Shown here in pieces: positions 1 to 12,496 of a stretch of DNA of 64,000 bases (position 1 is its first letter; every line of letters starts with the position of its first letter). Source of the DNA: Pristiophorus japonicus (taxonomy: Eukaryota); assembly GCF_044704955.1 (NCBI RefSeq), contig NC_091989.1, positions 85,684,001-85,748,000 of the forward strand. Direction: 5' to 3'. A program made the position numbers and the translations under genes. Under the pieces are notes generated by a model. That model did not search any database, was not told where the DNA came from, and was given only the letters and a program-made list of their open reading frames with translations.

Positions 1-606
1 TTCCCATTTTTCAAACAATTAACTGCAAAAGCCAGATACATGCTGTGGTTACCATAACAGGTACGAGGCTGGGTGTTCTGCAACGAGTGACACACCTCCT
101 GACTGCCAATTCCTTTCCCACACCTACATGGTACAAGTCAGGAGTTTCAGAGCAAACTCTCCACTTGCCTCAATGAGTGCAGCTCCAAAATCACTCAGGA
201 ACCTTGACACCATCCCAGACATATCAGTCCAGCAGCGGCAAAACGTAGGTGCAGTGTGTATCATACAAAAGAAGTACTGCTCCAACTCGCCAAGGCTACC
301 CAACAGCACCTCCTAAAACCGTGACCGCGAAAACATAGATGGACAAATTTAGCAGGCCCATGGGCCACCACCTTCTCCAAGTTCCCCTCCTAGTCACACA
401 TCACTCTGAATTCGAAATATACCGCCGTTCTTTCACCGCCAATATCCTACCAATCCATCTATAACAGCATTGTCGATGTATATTCAACACACAGACTGCA
501 GTGTTTCAAGGAAGTGTCTCACTACCTTCTTGGTGCCAACTAGGTATGGACAATAATTGCTAGCCATGCCATAGATGCCCACATCCGGTGAATGAATAAT
601 AAAAAG
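1..606 (+). mobile_element. 3' end of a decayed CR1/L2-group LINE
   Basis: Remnant RT C-terminal peptide (VRS..SPLASMSAAPKSLRNLDTI) and a tail GATGCCCACATCC.GTGAATGAATAA, which recurs at 5745-5775. Confidence 0.65.
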
Positions 607-826
607 AGTTCTTTCAGATGCAGCATGTTAATTCAATACTAAAGTCTAATCAGCCATTAACGCCGGCTTGTTAACAAATATAAAGCAATAGGCGGGAGTT
701 GTCACTGAAAAAATACATCTCAGGCCCGCTTCAACCATCGTAATGTAGTGGTTGATGAGGATTTATTTACTGTGACTTGCTCAGACGTTCCTGCGGATAT
801 TTCAGCCACGTTAAGGCAGATGTTGG

Positions 827-1801
827 GAACATAGAACATAGAAAAATAGGAGCAGTAGTAAGCCCTTCGCGTCTGCACCGTCAATCAGTATGATCATGGC
901 TGATCCTCTATCTCAACACCATATTGCCGCTTTTTCCCCATACCCCTTGATGCCTTTTGTTTCTCGAAACCTATTTATCTCCCTATTAAATATATTCAGT
1001 GAATTGGCATCCACAGCCTTCTGTGGTACACAATTCAAGGCAATCAGCAACCTCTGAATGAAAAAATGTCTCCTTAACTCCTATCCCGTATCCTGAGACT
1101 GTGACCACTTGTTCTAGACTTCTCAGCCAGGGGAAACATCCTCCCCGCATCCAGTCCATCAAAAACAGTCAGAATTTATGCGTTTCAATAACATTCCCTC
1201 TCATTCATCTAAAGTGAATACAGGCCTAGTCTCAACCAATCTCTCCTGATATGACAGTCCTGCCATTCCTGGAATCAGTCTGATGAACATTCCTTTCATC
1301 CGCTCTATGACAAACGTATCCTTTCTTATGTAATGAGAACAATACTGCACACAATACTCCAGGTGCGCTCTCACCAAGGCCCTGTATAACTGCAGTAAGA
1401 CATCCTTGCTCCTGTACTCAAATCCTCTTGCAATGAAGGCCAACATACTATGCTTCTTACTAACTGCTTGCTGCAGCTACATGTTTGCTTTCAATGGTTG
1501 GTTTACAAGGACACCCAGGTCCCTCTGTACATCGACACTTCCCAAGCCAATTATATAATACTTTATCCTCATGTTTTTCCTACCAAAGTGGATAACTTTA
1601 CATTTATCCGCATCTGCCATGTGTTTGCCTACTCACTCATCTTACCTAAATTGTCTTGCAGCGTCTTTGCATGCTCCTCACAGCGCACAATCCCTCCTAG
1701 TTTTGTGCCATCAGCAAACTTGGAAATATTACATTTGGTTCCCTCATCCAAATCATTTATATATATTGTGAATAGCTGGGGCCCAAGCATTGATCCCTGC
1801 T
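827..1801 (-). mobile_element. 5'-truncated CR1 LINE fragment
   Basis: Minus-strand ORFs QGSMLGPQLFTIYINDL..KFADGTK and MLAFIARGFEYRSKDVLLQLYRALVRAHLEYC; CR1 tail at ~827-845. Confidence 0.9.
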
Positions 1802-2939
1802 GTGAACGAACCACTGGGGAAATTCAAGGTCAATTGATTGGAAAGAATTATCAACAATATTATTTCTGCAACATCAATAAAGTAAACAGTGCCCCTAATG
1901 AAAGTAACAAACAGTAGTGCTTTATTTAAAAACCCTGTTCATTAACACAATGCAGAAGGCAAGAATTGCTAATGTTTAAATTTGTGATTTGTGTCATTTA
2001 ATAATTAAGCTATGAAATCTTTGTCCCTTCAAATGAAATTGAGAATGTCTTTATTGTACCTAATTCGTGAAACGACTTAAGTTGGATTATATCATTGAGA
2101 GCAACTTTTGCATAAAATTCTGAATGTACTGTCATCGAAATGTTTGTATTGACCTGGGGAACCTGGTTCATATTGCCACGAAGTATGGTAGGTTAGTATA
2201 TTTGCAGGAAAGTATGCCTCACAACCAATTTATAAATATTTACCCCAAATTTGATTGTGAAAGATATTCTGTTAATAGGCTATTGATAATTCAAATACAA
2301 CATAAAATATTACATTCAGGCGCCATCAAGTGAATATCAATCCATGAAATAAAAAACCTGATCTTGCGTTTGCATATTTAGAAGCAAAATGAAATAACGG
2401 ACAGCACTGAATAGCTGTGTGATACTATGGGCTTAACTTGAACCACATTAAAAAATATTTATAGTTTCTTGTTGTGCAACACGTCTTTTTCAGTCGATCA
2501 AATCTCTGCTGACCATGTGCAACTCTTTCCACTCGGGGTGTCATGCTTCTGCTCATTTATAAATGCTGTTGTTTGACGCACTAATCATTAAACACTTCAA
2601 AGCTCCAGGCCTTACAGATATTATTAGTAAACTGCAGAATCGCTACCCCTGTTCACAGCCAATAACAAAATACAGCAGCGTGTCCCTCAACCGGAAAATT
2701 CTAATTCAATACTAAAGTCAGCTGAGCCATTAGCTCTGGGTAAAACCATCACTTTTGAACCATCACTGATACAACACCTAAATCCGCTTCTGTGAACCAT
2801 GTCATATCGCGGTTGATGAGCTTTTACTGAGGAACTTGAACAAATTACTGTGGGTTTCCACAGGATTCCCGCTAATACTTCTACCAGGTAGTGGAGGTAG
2901 TTCGAAGGAAACATTGCAGTAAGTGTAGGAGAAAAAAAT

Positions 2940-2991
2940 TTGAAACAGGCACTCAATATCTGTCTTCTGCTGCAACCATTTAACTATACAG
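2940..2991 (+). CDS. Putative leader (signal peptide) exon of V-C1-ITIM receptor copy 1
   Basis: TTG AAA CAG GCA CTC AAT ATC TGT CTT CTG CTG CAA CCA TTT AAC TAT ACA G|gtcagt = (L/M)KQALNICLLLQPFNYT. The phase-1 donor fits the V exon. No in-frame ATG before the upstream TAG at 2898-2900. Confidence 0.55.
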
Positions 2992-3273
2992 GTCAGTTAT
3001 TTAAAATAATAATACTCTTTTAATTAAATCTATGCTCATTAATTCATGTATTTTTAATTTAAATTTCTGATTTATGTCAGTTGCTAAAATAGCCTTTGTA
3101 CCTTCCTACCTCTAATTAAATTTCGATTAAATGGTGGAACAGCCAACATTGGAATTTAACATTAACATCGATTTGCAAATGAAATTCACAATTGAAATGG
3201 TATCCAAATTTCATATTGTCCTGCGTAAACTGGTAAAATAATAAAGGCTGGAATTTTTGCCGGGTTTACAAAT

Positions 3274-4200
3274 GAACATACGAATTAGGAGCAGGAGTCG
3301 GCCATTCGGCCCCCCGAGCCTTCTCTGACTTTCAATAAGATCATGGCCGATTGTGTACCTCAAGTCCACATTCCTGGAGTATCCCAATATCCTTTACTTT
3401 CATTACTATAAACAAAATCTATCAATCTCTGTCTTGCATATATTCAAAGACTGAGCCCCCACACTCTGGGGTAGATAATTCCACTGATTCAGCACCCTCT
3501 GAGTGAATAAATTTCTCCTCATCTCAGATCCAATTGACCGACCCCTTATTCTGAGATTTTGACCGCTGGTGCTAGACTCCTCAGCCAGAGGAATCATCCG
3601 CCCTGCATCTACCTTGTTAACCCTATATAAATTGTGTACGTTTCAATGAGATCATCTCTGATTCGTTTAAATTCTAGACAATATAGGCCTCGTCTTCTCA
3701 ATCTCTCCTTATAGGACTATACCCCATCCAAGGAATCAATCTGGTGAACCTTCGTTGTACTCCATCAATGGCAAGTATAACCTTCCTTAGGTCAGGTGAC
3801 CAAAGCTGTACACAATATTCCAGGTGCGGTCTCACCAGGGCCCTTTATAATTGCTGTAAGACCTCTTTACTATAACACTCAAATTCTCATGTAATAAAGA
3901 CCAAAATAACATTTGCTTTATTATTTGCCTGCTGTGCCGGCATGGTAACTTTCAGTGATTCCTGCAGCAGGACATCAAGGTCCCTCTAAACACCAAAATT
4001 TCCCAATCTCTCACCATTTATAAATATTCTCACTTTGTATTCTTCCTACCAAAGTGTATAACTTCACATTTTGCCACTTTATAATCCATTTGCAATTTGC
4101 TTGCCCAATTATATGCCTCTGTATATCCCCTTGAAGGCCATGTGCCTATTCCTCTCAACTTTCCTTCGCACTTAGCATGGTATTATCAGCAAACTTGGGT
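3274..4200 (-). mobile_element. Decayed CR1 3' fragment
   Basis: ORF with LRIRGRSIGSEMRRNLFTQRVLNQWN; typical CR1 3' UTR. Confidence 0.85.
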
Positions 4201-4353
4201 ATATCAGATATATACGCAAATATTCACCTGGATTTATGCTGAGATATCTGGAAAATAAAGTAAAATTGATAAGCCATTTTCATGTTGGGATTAAGGACTA
4301 TAGGACTAATTTACATTTCTGGCAGTAGGTAATTAACGTGATTTCATTAGATT

Positions 4354-4489
4354 GTAGTTAGGGACAGTGGGAATTTCGCTCATTCATTAATGTGCACCAC
4401 TAATTAGATGGCGACGCATTTGGTTACCTTAAGAGTTAGTAACTCCCGCCGTTTACCCGTGCTTTATTGAATTACTCACGTTGACACTC
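4354..4489 (-). pseudogene. Decayed 28S rRNA fragment spanning the R2 target region
   Basis: Reverse complement reads ...GGGTAAACGGCGGGAGTTACTAACTCTTAAGGTAACCAAATGCGTCGCCATCTAATTAG...ATTCCCACTGTCCCTAACTAC, matching the conserved 28S segment with substitutions. Confidence 0.85.
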
Positions 4490-5189
4490 TTATCTTAAAT
4501 CCTGAAGCATGGAATGTTGGGCAGGCGAGCTACCATGACTGAACTGCAATGATTCTGCAAAGCAATTTTATTCCAATGGCTTGTTTAATTTCAAGAATTT
4601 GTGACTTTTTCACCTCGGCCTCAGGTTTTAGGAGTCAGCAGCGAGCATCGCATGCTGACGCTGCTTGTCTCTACGCAGCTCTAGATCCACTTTGGAACCT
4701 GACTGGCTAGTTATACTGGCACTGGAGCCCTGAATCCAACTGTCATCAGAGTGTATAACAAAATTGCTCATATACACCGTTCATATCATGTTCTGAAATT
4801 CATGAAAGCAACTCGAAGATCAACTTGAATGTCTCCACAGTTATTCCATCTACATTCAATAACCTCCTCTACCACAATTTAATCATGTAAGCGTGTCTTA
4901 TAATTGTGGCTCAGTCCAACAATCTATCAGCCTTCCTAACTTCCAATATATGTTTCTTGCACAAAGCAGTTCGAGAGATATGGACATTGGTAATCATTTT
5001 TCGTTAAACAATCGGCCCAATTAGCAGATTCTGCAGAACCAAAAAGAGTGAAGTTATGCGGTATTCGACCTTACTGGCGGCCGAAGAACGTACTTGTGAG
5101 CTCATGCACAATTTTATGAAGATCGTTCCAATTTGCTTTAACTACAGTGTCCAAGTTGCTGCTACTGGTTCTGTTCACAACTACCTGGG

Positions 5190-5775
5190 CAGATCATCTG
5201 AAAAGGGCATGCAGTTCTCCACTAATATGGTTGACTCTCATAGAAATTTTTAAAATTCTGACGGATTTAGACAGGTTAGATGCAGGAAGAATGTTCCCAA
5301 TGTTGGGGAAGTCCAGAAGCAAGGGTCACAGTCGAAGAACCGAGATGAGGAGAAACTTCTTCAACCAGAGAGTGGTACACCTGTGGAATTCTCTACCACA
5401 GAAAGTTGTTGATGCTAATTCACTAAATATATTCAAAAAGGAGTTAGATGTAGCCCTTATTACTAGGGGGATCAAGGGGTATGGCGAGAAAGCAGGAATG
5501 GGGTACTGAATTTGTATGTTCAGCCATGAACTCATTGAAAGGCGGTGCAGGCTCGAAGGGCAGAATGGCCCTCTCCTGCACCTATTTTCTATGTTTCTAA
5601 GTTTCTATGACTCTTAACTTGTCTCGAAATGGTCTAGCAGGCTACTAATTTGTCCACTACGAAAAGTTGCAGCGTTTCAAGAAGGCGGCTTACCACCATC
5701 TTCTCGAGGGTAATTTGTGATGGGGAAACAGGTGGCTTTGCCAGCGACGCCCACATCCCGTGAATGAATAAAAAG
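5190..5775 (+). mobile_element. SINE-like repeat interrupted by a young CR1 3' fragment (~5238-5609)
   Basis: The CR1 piece is nearly identical to 10920-11305 and sits within ATGGTTGACT|CTTAACT; the SINE ends GCCCACATCCCGTGAATGAATAAAAA. Confidence 0.7.
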
Positions 5776-6320
5776 ACCATCAATTTAACAGTCACGTGCT
5801 TTCTGGCCTCAGAGGCCAGTATGAAATCATATTAGATGCGGAGTCACCAATTCCTCAAATCTTCATCCATTCTGCTCTCTGTAACAACGGATAGTCTACC
5901 CTATTTGCATTGCCGATATGATTATGAATGGGTCACTTTGGGGCATGTGTTTCCTGGGCAGTTTTTATTCAGGTACACTTTTATTAATGTTGTTTTATAC
6001 CAACTGTTCCTGATCAAGACACAGCACATGAATTCGAGCTGATAGTTAACATAAAATTGTGTACTGTATTTCTACTGTTTGAATTTGTTTTCCTATCATA
6101 TGTTGCTTGCCAGATGGAAATTTCCCGATGAGAAAGGTAATACCATTGTTGATAATTCCATGAGGAAACACTTTCAAAAACTGAAAAATAATTATGATAG
6201 TTTGAAAAATGTAATACTAACATGTCACTGGACTGGATGCATGATGTTAGTTTGGCGGTGCAGATCATCTTCCCTATATGTATGAATGATTGAACCCAAA
6301 TGTGCATCTGTTGTTACTAG

Positions 6321-6632
6321 TTGCTGTGGGCACTTCGGACAAGGAATCTACAGATATTGGACAAGTGAAGGCGCTCAGAGGTACAAACATAACCTTTCGA
6401 TATGCTGTGCCCTTCTATCTCGATCATTCAAACGTAAACGTTTACTGGTGGAGAGATGGCAACAAGACCTTCCTGCAAGAAGACAGTAGAAAACAGTTCA
6501 CTGTGAAGAAAGGCGGTGGCTACCTTCACCTCCTGAATGTGACTGTTCTGGACGCTGGCATGTATTGCTCTGTAGCAAAATATCAGCATCAAACGATTGG
6601 GAAATTAACATGTGAGCAACTTGTTGTCTATG
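6321..6632 (+). CDS. Ig V-set domain exon (V with J-like G strand), receptor copy 1
   Basis: ttactag|...TAT G|gtaagt, 312 nt, phase 1-1. G.NITFRY..P....VYWWR...LHLLNVTVLDAGMYC...IGKLTCEQLVVY carries V-set signatures; the B-strand Cys is replaced by Tyr. Confidence 0.88.
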
Positions 6633-6954
6633 GTAAGTGTCCCTGCAATCAGAAACGTGAAACTTGTACCTGCTGCCAATATTCAAATTGGGTTTAGCAA
6701 AGACATTCAGTCAATAAGTGGCTTGTGTGTAAAATACTATTGCTTTCGAGTTGTCTAAAAGAATGTGTGTTCTAAAATATGAAAGGTATCCAGTACCATA
6801 GTCTACACAGAACGTGTCAACTGACCTATATCAGCAATGGTAATATGGTTCTATTTTATCAAGGCTAATGAATTCAAGGCTGGGAACTAAAACAAGTTTT
6901 CACTTTAAGCACTACGTGGCAGGACCATGAATCTTGGGGTTATTCGCAACATTT

Positions 6955-7104
6955 GTGAGAGGGGAGCGACCTGTCAAAAGCCCAGCGGGAGATCGAGAGC
7001 CAGCGGCAGTTGGTGAGAGGGGAGCGACCTGTCAAAAGCCCAGCGGGAGATCGAGAGCCAGCGGCAGTTGGTGAGAGGGGAGCGACCTGTCAAAAGCCCA
7101 GCGG
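6955..7104 (+). repeat. 58-bp tandem repeat (~2.6 copies) at the CR1 5' end
   Basis: GTGAGAGGGGAGCGACCTGTCAAAAGCCCAGCGG... starts at 6955, 7013 and 7071. Confidence 0.95.
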
Positions 7105-7282
7105 TGCAGCTACAGCGGGAGAGAAAGCAAAATAGAAGTAGAAAGTAATCAAAAAGTGACGTCACAGCCAATGGGGTAAGTGATTGGCTGGTGATTGGTG
7201 AGTAGCTTTTCTTTTATTTTTTATATCAGTAAGTGAACTATAACATTGTTATTACCAATTTAAGGGTATCTAAGGTTAAGAC

Positions 7283-8230
7283 ATGGCAGGAGAGCTCGGT
7301 CATGTGATATGCTCCTCCTGTACCATGTGGGAACTCGGGGACACTTCCGGTGTCCCTGACGACTACGTGTGTGGGAAGTGTATCCGCCTCGAGCTCTTGA
7401 CGGTCCGCGTTGCGGAATTGGAGCTGAAGGTGGATTCACTCTGGAGCATCCACGATGCTGAGAATGACGTGAGTATCACGTGTAGTGAGTTGGTCTTACC
7501 GCAGGAGAAGGGTCCATAGCCAGATAGGGAATGGAAGACCAACAGGAAGAGCAGTGCAAGAAAGATAGTGCAGGAGTCCCCTGTGGTCATCCCCCTGCAA
7601 AACAGATACACTGCTTTGAGTACTGTTGGGGAGGATGACTCATCAGGGGAGGGCAGCAGCAGCCAAGTTCATGGCACCGTAGGTGGCTCTGCTGCAAAGG
7701 AGGGCAGGAAAAAGAGTGGGAGCGCGATAGTGATAGGGGATTCGATGGTGAGGGGAATAGATAGGCGTTTCTGCGGACGCAACCGAGACTCCAGGATGGT
7801 ATGTTGCCTCCCTGGTGCAAGGGTCAAGGATGTCTCGGAGCGGGTGCAGGACATTCTGAAATGGGAGGGAGAACAGCCAGTTGTCGTGGTGCACATTGGT
7901 ACCAACGACATAGGTAAAAAAAGGGATGAGGTCCTACGAAAAGAATTTAAGGAGCTAGGAGCTAAATTAAAAAGTAGGACCGCAAAAGTAGTAATCTCGG
8001 GATTGCTACCAGTGCCACGTGCTAGTCAGAGTAGGAATCGCAGGATAGCGCAGATGAATACATGGCTTGAGCAGTGGTGCAGCAGGGAGGGATTCAAATT
8101 CTTGGGGCATTGGAACCGGTTCTGGGGGAGGTGGGACCAGTACAAACCGGACGGTCTGCACCTGGGCAGGTCCGGAACCAATGTCCTAGGGGGAGTGTTT
8201 GCTAGTGCTGTTGGGGAGGAGTTAAACTAA
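7283..8230 (+). pseudogene. CR1 ORF1 (zinc finger + SGNH esterase-like domain), one in-frame stop
   Basis: CSSC...CGKC, a leucine-rich stretch, GDSMV, HIGTND and DGLH motifs; TAG at 7517-7519 splits one frame. Confidence 0.92.
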
Positions 8231-8232
8231 TA

Positions 8233-11213
8233 TTGCAGGGGGATGGGAACCTATACAGGGAGACAGAGGGAGACAAAAAGGAGGCAAAAGCAAAAGACAG
8301 AAAGGAGATGAGGAAAAGTGGAGGGCAGAGAAACCCAAGGCAAAGAACAAAAAGGGCCACTGTACAGCAAAATTCTAAAAGGACAAAGGGTGTTAAAAAA
8401 GCAAGCCTGAAGGCTTTGTGTCTTAATGCAAGGAGTATCCGCAATAAGGTGGATGAATTAATTGTGCAAATAGATGTTAACAAATATGATGTGATTGGGA
8501 TTACGGAGACGTGGCTCCAGGATGATCAGGGCTGGGAACTCAACATCCAGGGGTATTCAACATTCAGGAAGGATAGAATAAAAGGAAAAGGAGGTGGGGT
8601 AGCATTGCTGGTTAAAGAGGAGATTAATGCAATAGTTAGGAAAGACATTAGCTTGGATGATGTGGAATCTATATGGGTAGAGCTGCAGAACACTAAAGGG
8701 CAAAAATCGTTAGTGGGAGTTGTGTACAGACCTCCAAACAGTAGTAGTGATGTTGGGGAGGGCATCAAACAGGAAATTAGGAGTGCATGCAATAAAGGTG
8801 CAGCAGTTATAATGGGTGACTTTAATATGCACATAGATTGGGCTAGCCAAACTGGAAGCAATACGGTGGAGGAGGATTTCCTGGAATGCATAAGGGATGG
8901 TTTTCTAGACCAATATGTCAGGAACCAACTAGGGGGGAGGCCATCTTAGACTGGGTGTTGTGTAATGAGAGAGGATTAATTAGCAATCTCATTGTGCGAG
9001 GCCCCTTGGGGAAGAGTGACCATAATATGGTGGAATTCTGCATTAGGATGGAGAATGAAACAGTTAATTCAGAGACCATGGTCCAGAACTTAAAGAAGGG
9101 TAACTTTGAAGGTATGAGGCATGAATTGGCTAAGCTAGATTGGCTAATGATACTTAAGGGGTTGACTGTGGATGGGCAATGGCAGACATTTAGAGAACGC
9201 ATGGATGAATTACAACAATTGTACATTCCTGTCTGGCGTAAAAATAAAAAAGGGAAGGTGGCTCAACCGTGGCTATCTAGGGAAATCAGGGATAGTATTC
9301 AAGCCAAGGAAGTGGCATACAAATTGGCCAGAAATAGCAGCGAACCTGGGGACTGGGAGAAATTTAGAACTCAGCAGAGGAGGACAAAGGGTTTGATTAG
9401 GACAGGGAAAATGGAGTACGAGAAGAAGCTTGCAGGGAACATTAAGGCGGATTGCAAAAGTTTCTATAGGTATGTAAAGAGAAAGAGGTTAGTAAAGACA
9501 AACGTAGGTCCCCTGCAGTCAGAATCAGGGGAAGTCATAACGGGGAACAAAGAAATGGCAGACCAATTGAACAAGTACTTTGGTTCAGTATTCACTAAGG
9601 AGGACACAAACAACCTTCCGGATATAAAAGTGGTCAGAGGGTCTATTAAGGAGGAGGAACTGAGGGAAATCTTTATTAGTCGGGAAATTGTGTTGGGGAA
9701 ATTGATGGGATTGAAGGCCGATAAATCCCCAGGGCCTGATGGACTGCATCCCAGAGTACTTAAGGAGGTGGCCTTGGAAATAGCGGATGCATTGACAGTC
9801 ATTTTCCAACATTCCATTGACTCTGGATCAGTTCCTATCGAGTGGAGGGTAGCCAATGTAACCCCACTTTTTAAAAAAGGAGGGAGAGAGAAAGCAGGGA
9901 ATTATAGACCGGTCAGCCTGACCTCAGTAGTGGGTAAAATGATGGAATCAATTATTAAGGATGTCATAGCAGCGCATTTGGAAAATGGTGACATGATAGG
10001 TCCAAGTCAGCATGGATTTGTAAAAGGGAGATCATGCTTGACAAATCTTCTGGAATTTTTTGAGGATGTTTCCAATAAAGTGGACAAAGGAGTACCAGTT
10101 GATGTGGTATATTTGGACTTTCAGAAGGCTTTCGACAAGGTCCCACACAGGAGATTAATGTGCAAAGTTAAAGCACATGGGATTGGGGGTAGTGTGCTGA
10201 CGTGGATTGAGAACTGGTTGTCAGACAGGAAGCAAAGAGTAGGAGTAAATGGGTACTTTTCGGAATGGCAGGCAGTGACTAGTGGGGTACCGCAGGGTTC
10301 TGTGCTGGGGCCCCAGCTGTTTACATTGTACATTAATGATTTAGACGAGGGGATTAAATGTAGTATCTCCAAATTTGCGGATGACACTAAGTTGGGTGGC
10401 AGTGTGAGCTGCGAGGAGGATGCTATGAGGCTACAGAGTGACTTGGATAGGTTAGGTGAGTGGGCAAATGCGTGGCAGATGAAGTATAATGTGGATAAAT
10501 GTGAGGTTATCCACTTTGGTGGTAAAAACAGAGAGACAGACTATTATCTGAATGGTGACAGATTAGGAAAAGGGAAGGTGCAACGAGACCTGGGTGTCAT
10601 GGTACATCAGTCATTGAAGGTTGGCATGCAGGTACAGCAGGCGGTTAAGAAAGCAAATGGCATGTTGGCCTTCATAGCGAGGGGATTTGAGTACAGGGGC
10701 AGGGAGGTGTTGCTACAGTTGTACAGGGCCTTGGTGAGGCCACACCTGGAGTATTGTGTACAGTTTTGGTCTCCTAACTTGAGGAAGGACATACTTGCTG
10801 TTGAGGGAGTGCAGCGAAGATTCACCAGACTGATTCCCGGGATGGTGGGACTGACCTATCAAGAAAGACTGAATCAACTGGGCTTGTATTCACTGGAGTT
10901 CAGAAGAGTGAGAGGGGACCTCATAGAAACGTTTAAAATTCTGACGGGTTTGGACAGGTTGGATGCAGGAAGAATGTTCCCAATGTTGGGGAAGTCCAGA
11001 ACCAGGGGTCACAGTCTAAGGATAAGGGGTAAGCCATTTAGGACCGAGATAAGGAGAAACTTCTTCACCCAGAGAGTGGTGAACCTGTGGAATTCTCTAC
11101 CACAGGAAGTAGTTGAGGCCAATTCACTAAATATATTCAAAAGGGAGTTAGATGAAGTCCTTACTACTCGGGGGATCAAGGGGTATGGCGTGAAAGCAGG
11201 AAGTGGGTACTGA
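8233..11213 (+). pseudogene. CR1 ORF2 (APE endonuclease + reverse transcriptase), one frameshift near 8920
   Basis: LNARS, ITETW, YRPP, GDFN, SDH (APE); YRPVSLTS, DFQKAFD, GVPQGSVLGP, FADD (RT). Confidence 0.95.
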
Positions 11214-11714
11214 AGTTTCATGTTCAGCCATGAACTCGTTGAATGGCGGTGCAGGCTAGAAGGGCTGAATGGCCTGCTCCTGCACCTATTTTCTATGTTT
11301 CTATGTTTAAGTGACCTTTATCTAATTAGAAGAGCAATTTTCCTATTTCTGTCATTTAGAGGGGACATCCCATTTCTACGATCCAAATAAAATTCCTCAA
11401 CGGCAGTAATGTGTAACTGGTAGAAATTTTAGGAAAACGCAAGTGCCCTAGTCCAGTGAAAGGTTCAAACCCTATCGTTTCTGTCCAGAAGATAAAATCT
11501 TCCCGATGTAATAACAGAACCTGTGCTGTGCTGTTGCAACATTTTAACCAGAGTATGATGATTCGAAAACATTAGTATTAACAAAAAGATGTTGTAAATC
11601 AATGTTGCTAAATATAACATTGATCAATCAGCACTGTGAGGAGTAAAATCTAGCTACAGTGAAGAAGGGATTAGATTTGGCTCTAGTCAGGTTAAATAAT
11701 GATTATCAATACAA

Positions 11715-11988
11715 CTCTTTTGCTGAAACAAAATAAACATTAACTCAAGTGCCCCCTTATTAAAGGGGGGAGACACTCCAAACGCTTTTCAAGTGCCCTT
11801 TTTTTGTGTTTTTGTGGGGTTTTTTAGGGCAACGAGAGGCAAATTATACAAGTGCCCCCTGGCTGCGGGGACACTAAAACCCGGCATTAAAACAAATTAA
11901 ACTTTAAAACATATAAAATCAAATTAAAATTTGGTTGCCGGGGTTGATAATGCACTCCAGTCCCTCCAGCGCCCACCTCTCGTGGAAG
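11715..11988 (-). mobile_element. Tx1-clade LINE 3' fragment
   Basis: Same 3' UTR and ..ECIINPGNQILI end as 31655-32698; flanked by TGATTATCAATACAA at 11700-11714 and 11989-12003. Confidence 0.85.
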
Positions 11989-12496
11989 TGATTATCAATA
12001 CAACTCTTTTAGAGGAGACAAAATAAAACATTTAAATCAAGTACCCCCCAATCTTGGGGGGCCACTCCAAACATTTTTCAACTGCCCTTTTTTTTTTTGT
12101 TTTGATTTTTACTTTTTTTTTTGTGTGATTTTTTTTGGGCAATAAAATCATAAATTTTTACAAGTGCCCCCTATAAAAGGGGAGGGGGACACTAAAAACC
12201 CGGCAATTAAAACAAATTAAACCTTAAAACATATAAAGTCAAATAAAAATGTGGTTGCCGGGGGTGACAATGGACTCCAGTCCCTCCGGCGCCCACCTCT
12301 CGCAGAAGGCCGCGAGCGTACCAGTGGACACCCCGTGCTCCATCTCCAAGGACACCCTGGCCCGGATGTAGGCACAGAAGAGAGGCAGGCAGTCAGGCTG
12401 AACGACCCCCTCGACCGCCCGCTGCCCTCCTAAAATATTGTTCGTGGATCAACAGCAATGTGTATTGAGAACCATGAGCAGCCTGTGGCGGCAGCG

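Larger units (their letters stand above)
6955..11305 (+). mobile_element. Near-full-length young CR1 LINE in the V-C1 intron of copy 1
   Basis: 5' UTR repeats, ORF1, ORF2 and (TTCTATGT)n tail. The empty site is visible in paralogue 2 at ~27130-27150 (AACATTATACATGTTTATGTG). Confidence 0.97.

Noticed and set aside
6290-6697. ORF-track V ORFs (and 26494-26880) as single-exon secreted proteins with a Cys-rich tail
   Set aside because: They begin at TTG in the intron and read through good splice donors; the tails are more simply intron sequence, although intron retention is not excluded.
9464-10825. Long antisense ORFs over CR1 ORF2 (also 51059-51544)
   Set aside because: Routine shadow ORFs of LINE coding sequence with no independent protein signature.
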